In this document: one piece after another, positions 57,779 to 64,000 of the stretch
Numbering within the stretch: the first letter of the stretch is position 1
How the letters are laid out: each line of letters starts with the position of its first letter
Origin: an uncultured Candidatus Saccharibacteria bacterium
Lineage (GTDB): Bacteria; Patescibacteriota; Dojkabacteria; J137
DNA: 64,000 bases
Direction: 5' to 3'
Assembly (NCBI GenBank): GCA_964607415.1
Contig: CAZSKK010000001.1
Location: forward strand, 68,190-132,189
Translations under genes and position numbers: made by a program
The notes under the pieces: model-generated
What the model was told of the DNA's origin: nothing
The model's input: the letters and a program-made list of their open reading frames with translations, nothing else
The model's database searches: none

Positions 57779-59056
57779 ATGAAACTAAAGAAGTTTATTA
57801 TTTATCTTTCTATAGCAATAAACATTATTTTTGTGTTTGTAGCATTTGTTGCGCTAATTTGGGTGAATAAAAATACGAGTATTTTAAATTTCAATATCGA
57901 TAAGCAGGAGATTAAAGAGAATAATGCCCCATCTGTGGACAATAACGATTATTCAACTTTGATATCACAACAAGTAAACGTTCCAGAAATTTACAAAAAA
58001 GGAACTTTTACACAAGAGAGAAGCTTAAACCTGCCCGACAGTTTCCAAATAGAAGTTTTTGCTAGTGGTGTAGAAACAGCCAGAGGGATGGATTTTGACG
58101 ATTTTGGCAATATATATGTAACAGGTCGCGAAGGCAAATTATATTTTCTTACAGATAAAGATAAAGTTAATGGTGCTGATGAGATAAAAATTATTGATTC
58201 ATCTTTAAATAGTCCTCACGGAATTGATTATTATAAAGGTGATTTATATATTGGCGAACAATCACAGATAGTAGTTTATAAAAATATTAATGAAAATGGT
58301 GAATTTTCGGAAAAAAGAGTTTTAATTCCAAATTTGCCAATAGGTGGACATAGTACCAGAACCGTAAAGATTGGTCCGGATAGTAAAATATATGTTTCTA
58401 TAGGATCTAGTTGCAATGTTTGTGAAGAATCAGATTCTAGAAGGGCTGCGATTGTAAGGTATAACCTGGATGGAAGTGGGGAAACAATATTTGCCTCAGG
58501 TTTAAGAAACACTGTGGATTTTGAATTTAAATTAGATGAAGAAAATCTGGAATACAAGATATTTGGAGTTGATAATGGCAGAGATAGGATAGGTGATGAT
58601 ATTCCACCGGAAGAAGTGAATTTAATTGAGAATGGTAGTAACTACGGGTGGCCTTTTTGTTATGGCAAAAAGATTGCAAATCCAGAATACAATGACAAAA
58701 ACCAGTTTTGTTTGGATCAAACTAAAGATTCTTATATAGATATGCAAGCACACGCCGCCCCACTAGGAATTGCTTTCCCAAATTTAGAGGCTGAAAACTT
58801 TCCAAATTCACTTTTGAATAATGCATTTATTGGTTTCCATGGATCCTGGAATAGAACCACTCCAACGGGATATAAAGTAGTAAGGGTAGACGTTAATGAT
58901 CCTTCCAAATCTCCAGTGAATTTTGTTACTGGTTGGCTTTTAGATTCAGGTGATTATTGGGGAAGACCTGTAGATACAGCTTTTGATTTTGAAAATAATT
59001 TATACATCTCTGACGATTATGCAGGGGCAATTTACAAGGTTATGTTTAAGCAATAA
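57779..59056 (+). CDS. PQQ-dependent sugar/sorbosone dehydrogenase family beta-propeller
   Basis: GGHSTR, SIGSSCNVC.E, SGLRN, DNGRD..GDD.PPEE, YGWP, HAAPLG, HGSWNR, GRPVD. Confidence 0.9.
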   Translation: MKLKKFIIYLSIAINIIFVFVAFVALIWVNKNTSILNFNIDKQEIKENNAPSVDNNDYSTLISQQVNVPEIYKKGTFTQERSLNLPDSFQIEVFASGVETARGMDFDDFGNIYVTGREGKLYFLTDKDKVNGADEIKIIDSSLNSPHGIDYYKGDLYIGEQSQIVVYKNINENGEFSEKRVLIPNLPIGGHSTRTVKIGPDSKIYVSIGSSCNVCEESDSRRAAIVRYNLDGSGETIFASGLRNTVDFEFKLDEENLEYKIFGVDNGRDRIGDDIPPEEVNLIENGSNYGWPFCYGKKIANPEYNDKNQFCLDQTKDSYIDMQAHAAPLGIAFPNLEAENFPNSLLNNAFIGFHGSWNRTTPTGYKVVRVDVNDPSKSPVNFVTGWLLDSGDYWGRPVDTAFDFENNLYISDDYAGAIYKVMFKQ

Positions 59057-59095
59057 CAAAATAGATTTAAATTCTTTTTATGGTAAAATCCTTTT

Positions 59096-60178
59096 ATGAG
59101 TAAGATTAAATCGGATCCAAAGCGTTCAAGGGTATTTTTTTTAGTGCTTTTTGCAGCAATAACTTATGTTTCGTACTTAGTTTTGAAGCCATATCTTTCG
59201 CTAGTAGTTATAGCTTTTTTAACAGTTTTATTTTTTTATCCATTGTATGAAAAGATTCTTAAAATCTCAAAAGGAAAAACATCAATTGCTGTACCTATAA
59301 CAATTGTAAACATTCTTGCTATCATAATTATACCTCTTTTACTTTTTGCAAATTTGATAATAAATCAGGCAATAAAGTTTAACGATGATATATCAGAAGT
59401 GGTTGCAGGTGAAGATTTAACATACGATGAAGTTTTAAGTAAAACCAATGAAATTTTAGATAAAACACCATTGTCTGAGTATGAAATTAAAGATGAAAAT
59501 GTAAGAGATTTTGTAGCAAATACACTGAAACCTATTGGAAGTTTTCTTTTGGATAAAGTCATTAATGTGGGTACCTCTTCATTTAGCTTGATACCAAACA
59601 TAATAGTTTTTATTACAATTTTGGCTTCGTTATTTCCTGCTAAAGATAAAATTATTAATTTGGTTAGAAGCCTAAGTCCTTTGGATGACGATGTAGATGA
59701 TATCTATCTTAGAAGAGTAATTGCAATGTCTTTATCTATGATTAAAGGTACGTTTATTATTGCCATTGTGCAAGGTTTATTATCAGGTATTTTAATGTAT
59801 GGCCTGGGAGTACCCTATGCTGTATTTTGGGCAATTGTAATAATTTTTGCATCTATCATTCCTGTTGGTGCTGGAATAGTTTTAATTCCAATGGGAATTG
59901 TTTATATTATTTTAGGTGATGTTGCTCAAGGTATAGCATTAATACTTTTTTATATACTGTTTATAAGTAATATTGATAATTTCTTAAGACCCAGGCTTGT
60001 TTCAAAAGATGCAAGCTTACATCCCGCTTTAACTTTATTAGGAGTTCTTGGTGGAATACAATTTTTTGGTTTTTTTGGAATTGTTTATGGACCAGTGATT
60101 CTGATATTTCTGGTAACAACAATTGAAGTATACATGAAATATTACGCTAAGAACGAGGAAGTTATAGAACGTAAATAA
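59096..60178 (+). CDS. AI-2E family transporter
   Basis: Multi-TM; IAIVQG, IPVGA, IDNFLRP, HP....LGVLGG..FFG..G...GP. Confidence 0.9.
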   Translation: MSKIKSDPKRSRVFFLVLFAAITYVSYLVLKPYLSLVVIAFLTVLFFYPLYEKILKISKGKTSIAVPITIVNILAIIIIPLLLFANLIINQAIKFNDDISEVVAGEDLTYDEVLSKTNEILDKTPLSEYEIKDENVRDFVANTLKPIGSFLLDKVINVGTSSFSLIPNIIVFITILASLFPAKDKIINLVRSLSPLDDDVDDIYLRRVIAMSLSMIKGTFIIAIVQGLLSGILMYGLGVPYAVFWAIVIIFASIIPVGAGIVLIPMGIVYIILGDVAQGIALILFYILFISNIDNFLRPRLVSKDASLHPALTLLGVLGGIQFFGFFGIVYGPVILIFLVTTIEVYMKYYAKNEEVIERK

Positions 60179-60241
60179 TTAATAATAAAAGATCTTCTGT
60201 GTGTTCACTCGTCCTGAATGCCATACGTTAAACATCCCATG

Positions 60242-62395
60242 TTAGAACAGTTCTTTTATTCTTCTTCCTCTTCTTTTTTCTTTAGTTAGCGATTTTATGT
60301 TTTCTTTCTCAAATTCTCTAATTGTTTCAAGAAATTCTTCGGAAGGTTCAGCTTTTAAAATGAAAGCATTTGGCTGAAATTCAAGGATTCGCTTTAGAAG
60401 ATCTGTGTCCTGATTACCAAGCTTAATAATAACTTCTAAACCTAATGGCTTTGTAGAATCAAAAATAGTTTTTAACATTTTGACGCCAATTTCTTGATCA
60501 ACTGGTCGTAGGTCTTCTCTATATGTTGTTAATCTTAATAGCAAATCATAATCAATAATGATTCCATCAAGGGTAGATTCGTCAAGCTCAAAAATTTGAA
60601 AGATAATAGAAGGAATAGAAACTTCACAGTAAAACTTTAAACTACTTGACCTTCTAAAGTTTTGAGAAGATAAAATCTTTTTTATATCTAAAAAATTTTG
60701 AGCATTTCTAACCGATGGAATAGAGATACGAATATTTTTATTTGAGTAAACATTTCTTGCTTTTAATACTGCCAAACTTTCTATTGCAAGAGTTTCTGGA
60801 GATTCTATAAATCTTTCATCTCCATTAAACTTATATTTAGCATCATTAACACCTAAAAGTTTTCGTTCAAATTCACCAATGTTAGAAAATTGGTATATTA
60901 AAGGGCTAGGATCACAGGTCTTTGCAGCCGTTGCTATATCAAGGCTAACTTTTTCAATTAAATTATTTAAGTCGCTCTGATTGTTTATGATTTTTTCAGG
61001 TAAAATGCTATTTCTTAGAATTGCTTCTGTTCCATTAAAAAAACCTCCATTAAATCTTTTCAAATTCTCAAGAGTCACGGAATTCATTTTGGAAACATCC
61101 AGATAAATTTCTGTAAGAAATGTAAGGTTTTCTGTAAACGGAGTCTCCGTTGCGTTTAAACTCTTTGTTAATTTATCCTTCGGCATTATTGATTTTTTGC
61201 TTACCTGTTCGACTATTTGAGAATCTGTTGGGCTTGGAAGTTTACCATCAACAATATCGATAATTTCTTTCGTAAGACTATCAAGGTTAACTTGTTTTAT
61301 TTCAGTTAAAGGTTTTTCTTCTTTCGTATCAATTTTTTCAAAGTAATCTTCTTCTTTTGTTAAACTATTAGTGTGCTTTTTTCCTTCTGTTAAGTCTAAA
61401 AGACTTATTGAATCATTAAATTTTGGCTTTTCAATTCGTTCAACAGAGTTGATGTAAACTTCTCCTGCGACTATTGACCATTTAGCCATAAATTCATGTT
61501 TATATTCATCGTTAATTTTTGTATAAGCATTATAAATTTTCTCAATAAATGTATCGTTAAGTTTTTGCTTTTTTTGCCAGTCCTCAGATATTTCGACTTT
61601 TATAAATAAATCGTCATTTTTGAGAGTTTTACCTTTTCTTACAAACATGTACTCTTGAGGAATAATTTGTTTTTCGTTTATCTGCCCCGTTTTCGAATCA
61701 AGTTTGTAAATGTCATAAAAATTTTCGTGTTCATTGGAATTTGTGCTATTACCGTATATTGCTTGAACTTCGATTGTATTTTCATCTCTTGTTATCGGTG
61801 GAAAACTATATAGATTTCCAGAAAGATCTGATGCTAAAGATTTTTGCACAATCAAGGCAGTACTAATGCCGCCTTTGAAATAATTATTGGTTCTTAACTC
61901 TATAGATTCTAAAGTGAATAGTGAGAAATAAGCTTTATGAATTGCATTATAAAGCTCGTCTAAACCTTTAAGATTTTCAAATCTAAAATTTCCATTTTCA
62001 GGAATAAATTTTTCATCAATTATATGAGAAGCATAAACGTTAACAATTGGACTTGTGCTATCTCCAAGATTCTTATAAGCATGTTCAATGGGTCTTAGTA
62101 TAATAGATGGGAGTTTTGTTTTTTTTAAGATATTTTTTATATTTTCAGTGGACTCCAATGCTGATGATTTTATAAAAGGTTGAACTTTTTTAAGCTCAAC
62201 CATAACAGGTTCTATAATATCATTAGCCGTTAAAAAATCATCGAAAGCAAGTGTGGTTATTACAAAGCTTTCAGGTATTTTTAAGCTGGTTTTATAAAGC
62301 TTTGCAAGATCCAGGGCTTGTTTTCCAGTTAGTTCAGCATCTTTATCTTTTATATTTTTAGGGTTTAGAACATAAATGCTATTCTTCCCAAACAT
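60242..62395 (-). CDS. PEP synthase/PPDK-like protein, degenerate
   Basis: G.QA..LA.L...KIPESFVITT.AF, ALIVQK...SG, WSI, SIPSVR, CEVSIPS; no GGxTSHAA phospho-His motif. Confidence 0.7.
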   Translation of the reverse strand: MFGKNSIYVLNPKNIKDKDAELTGKQALDLAKLYKTSLKIPESFVITTLAFDDFLTANDIIEPVMVELKKVQPFIKSSALESTENIKNILKKTKLPSIILRPIEHAYKNLGDSTSPIVNVYASHIIDEKFIPENGNFRFENLKGLDELYNAIHKAYFSLFTLESIELRTNNYFKGGISTALIVQKSLASDLSGNLYSFPPITRDENTIEVQAIYGNSTNSNEHENFYDIYKLDSKTGQINEKQIIPQEYMFVRKGKTLKNDDLFIKVEISEDWQKKQKLNDTFIEKIYNAYTKINDEYKHEFMAKWSIVAGEVYINSVERIEKPKFNDSISLLDLTEGKKHTNSLTKEEDYFEKIDTKEEKPLTEIKQVNLDSLTKEIIDIVDGKLPSPTDSQIVEQVSKKSIMPKDKLTKSLNATETPFTENLTFLTEIYLDVSKMNSVTLENLKRFNGGFFNGTEAILRNSILPEKIINNQSDLNNLIEKVSLDIATAAKTCDPSPLIYQFSNIGEFERKLLGVNDAKYKFNGDERFIESPETLAIESLAVLKARNVYSNKNIRISIPSVRNAQNFLDIKKILSSQNFRRSSSLKFYCEVSIPSIIFQIFELDESTLDGIIIDYDLLLRLTTYREDLRPVDQEIGVKMLKTIFDSTKPLGLEVIIKLGNQDTDLLKRILEFQPNAFILKAEPSEEFLETIREFEKENIKSLTKEKRRGRRIKELF

Positions 62396-62490
62396 TTAAT
62401 CTGTAATAACTTTAAGGTTTTTTAGCACAAATTGCTCTTTTCTGATAGAAATTAGTTATATTATGAATGGGAATAAAAAAGAAGTCAACG

Positions 62491-62566
62491 CCTCACCCGG
62501 CCTCTCGACAAGCTCGAGGCCACCCTCTCCTAATCAGGAGAGGGTCTACCGAAGGTAAGGGAGAGG
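62491..62566. repeat. REP-like palindromic element
   Basis: CCTCACCC...CCCTCTCC-TAATCA-GGAGAGGG...GGGAGAGG with internal hairpins. Confidence 0.75.
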
Positions 62567-63742
62567 TTAGAACTTTTCGAGCACAACTTCGATAGTTTTT
62601 TCTTTTCCTTTTGTAAGTATTTTTAGTGTTACTCTATCCCCAAATCTTCTCTCCTGTATGAGCATCTGAAGAGTATTTTCAGAATCAACTTTTACTCCAT
62701 CGACTTCTAAGATTATATCATTTTCTAACAAACCAGCTTTATCAGCAGGGCTTCCAGGAATTACCGCAATTTGAGTACTGCTTTGCCCTTTAGCAATAAG
62801 CGCTCCATAGCTAACATCTAAGTTATTTGCTTTTTGAATACTTTCATCTATTGGAATATATCTAACACCTAATACTGGTCTTTCTATTGTGCCTTCAGAA
62901 TTTAATCTTTCTAAAAGATCTTTTACTGTATCGATAGGAATGGCAAATCCAATGTTTTCAGCGTCTGTTGCAACTGCAACATTTACTCCTATAACGTTAC
63001 CTTTAATATCTAAAAGAGGTCCGCCAGAATTACCAGGATTTATTGAGGCATCTGTTTGAAGAACATTATTTAATAGTTCTTCATTAACACCAGTTGAATC
63101 ACTAGCAATAATATCTCTTTTTAACCCAGATATTATGCCTGAGCTAACAGTGTTGCTAAATTCTCCAAGAGAGTTTCCTATTGCAATTACACGCTGGCCA
63201 ACTTTAAGATCTGCAGAAGAGCCCAGGCTTAATGGTTGTAGGTTGGATGCATCAATTTTGATAAATGCAATATCTAAAAGAGTATCTCTTGCAAGAACTG
63301 ATGCTTCATACTTATCACCGTTGTTAAAAAAAACAGTATAAGAAGCATCTTCATCAGAAACTACATGTTTGTTTGTTATTATTAATCCGCTACTTGATAC
63401 TATAAATCCTGTTCCAGCACCTACTTTTTGTTCTTGGGTACCATTTTGTATTCTTTCAGGAAAAAAAGGATTTTCATTGAAGTATTCTTCGTAAACAGGA
63501 ACATCTTTAGTTATAACGATGCTTACAACTGAATCACTGGCATTTTGTGCAACATCTATAATTGCCGATTCTTCTTCTATAACCTCAACATCATTTACAA
63601 TTTTATCTATTGTGTTTTTACCTCTATTGTCAAAAATAAAATATCCTACTGCACTTCCTCCAAGCCCAGCAGAAAAAGAAACTATAGACACAAAAAGAAT
63701 TAGTATCGAAAACTTTGCTAGTTTTTTTAATGATAATCTCAT
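62567..63742 (-). CDS. htrA: HtrA/DegP-family serine protease with PDZ domain
   Basis: GAGTGF, TNKHVV, DIA, QTDASINPGNSGGPL, GSPADKAGL PDZ. Confidence 0.93.
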   Translation of the reverse strand: MRLSLKKLAKFSILILFVSIVSFSAGLGGSAVGYFIFDNRGKNTIDKIVNDVEVIEEESAIIDVAQNASDSVVSIVITKDVPVYEEYFNENPFFPERIQNGTQEQKVGAGTGFIVSSSGLIITNKHVVSDEDASYTVFFNNGDKYEASVLARDTLLDIAFIKIDASNLQPLSLGSSADLKVGQRVIAIGNSLGEFSNTVSSGIISGLKRDIIASDSTGVNEELLNNVLQTDASINPGNSGGPLLDIKGNVIGVNVAVATDAENIGFAIPIDTVKDLLERLNSEGTIERPVLGVRYIPIDESIQKANNLDVSYGALIAKGQSSTQIAVIPGSPADKAGLLENDIILEVDGVKVDSENTLQMLIQERRFGDRVTLKILTKGKEKTIEVVLEKF

Positions 63743-63803
63743 ATTGAATAATTTTAGAAATATATTTTTATTTTAAATTCAAATTATGAATAATTTGTGA
63801 ATT

Positions 63804-64000
63804 TTATTTTGTTGCAAGTGTTTTTTCAGACCAAGAAATTGATTTTGCATGTTTTTGTCCAAGCATCATACGAGTAGTTGCTTCAATAAAAGGTAAGAAG
63901 CTAAAAGTCATTAAAACTATAAAATTTAGTGGTAGTTCAAGAATTATTAAAAATACAAACTTTTTGATACTCATATTTCTGGGTTTGGGAGGCATTAGAA
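63804..64000 (-). CDS. C-terminal end of a membrane protein truncated by the window (possibly glycosyltransferase family 2)
   Basis: PPKP...TM...LPFIEATTRMMLG...EK; reading frame open to the window edge. Confidence 0.45.
   Translation of the reverse strand, partial: LMPPKPRNMSIKKFVFLIILELPLNFIVLMTFSFLPFIEATTRMMLGQKHAKSISWSEKTLATK

Noticed and set aside
58-63776. Many short antisense or nested ORFs in the track (e.g. 58..279, 8102..8365, 22284..22601, 31175..31600, 51468..51788, 63519..63776)
   Set aside because: They lie opposite or inside well-supported genes and have no motifs; treated as shadow ORFs

Overview
AT-rich bacterial DNA using the standard genetic code. Gene content, leaders mostly lacking Shine-Dalgarno sites and intergenic repeats suggest a Patescibacteria/CPR host, possibly Dojkabacteria-like (inference only). 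The left ~43 kb looks like an integrative conjugative element whose right end is a large serine recombinase running antisense into tRNA-Glu(TTC) at 43074-43148; no left attachment site is visible. The element carries a minimal monoderm-type T4SS (VirB4, VirD4-like coupling ATPase, VirB6-, VirB2- and PrgI-like proteins, M23 peptidase), a Replic_Relax/MOBC-type relaxase, a sortase with a DUF11 adhesin, two SSBs, and a putative leading region with a foldable ssDNA promoter. It also carries a defence island: type IIG RM, an orphan m5C MTase and an unassigned wHTH + AAA ATPase + HEPN-like operon. The cargo region (1-12.5 kb) holds a divergent class II ribonucleotide reductase operon with CYTH, NMP-kinase and Gre-like genes; an NDT-RHH/methyltransferase/Qng1 operon; and a polyprenyl synthase + UbiA + 7TM histidine kinase + response regulator cassette that may make and sense an isoprenoid signal. 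The right ~21 kb is host-like accessory DNA with REP-like palindromes. All product calls come from motif recognition by eye, not database searches.
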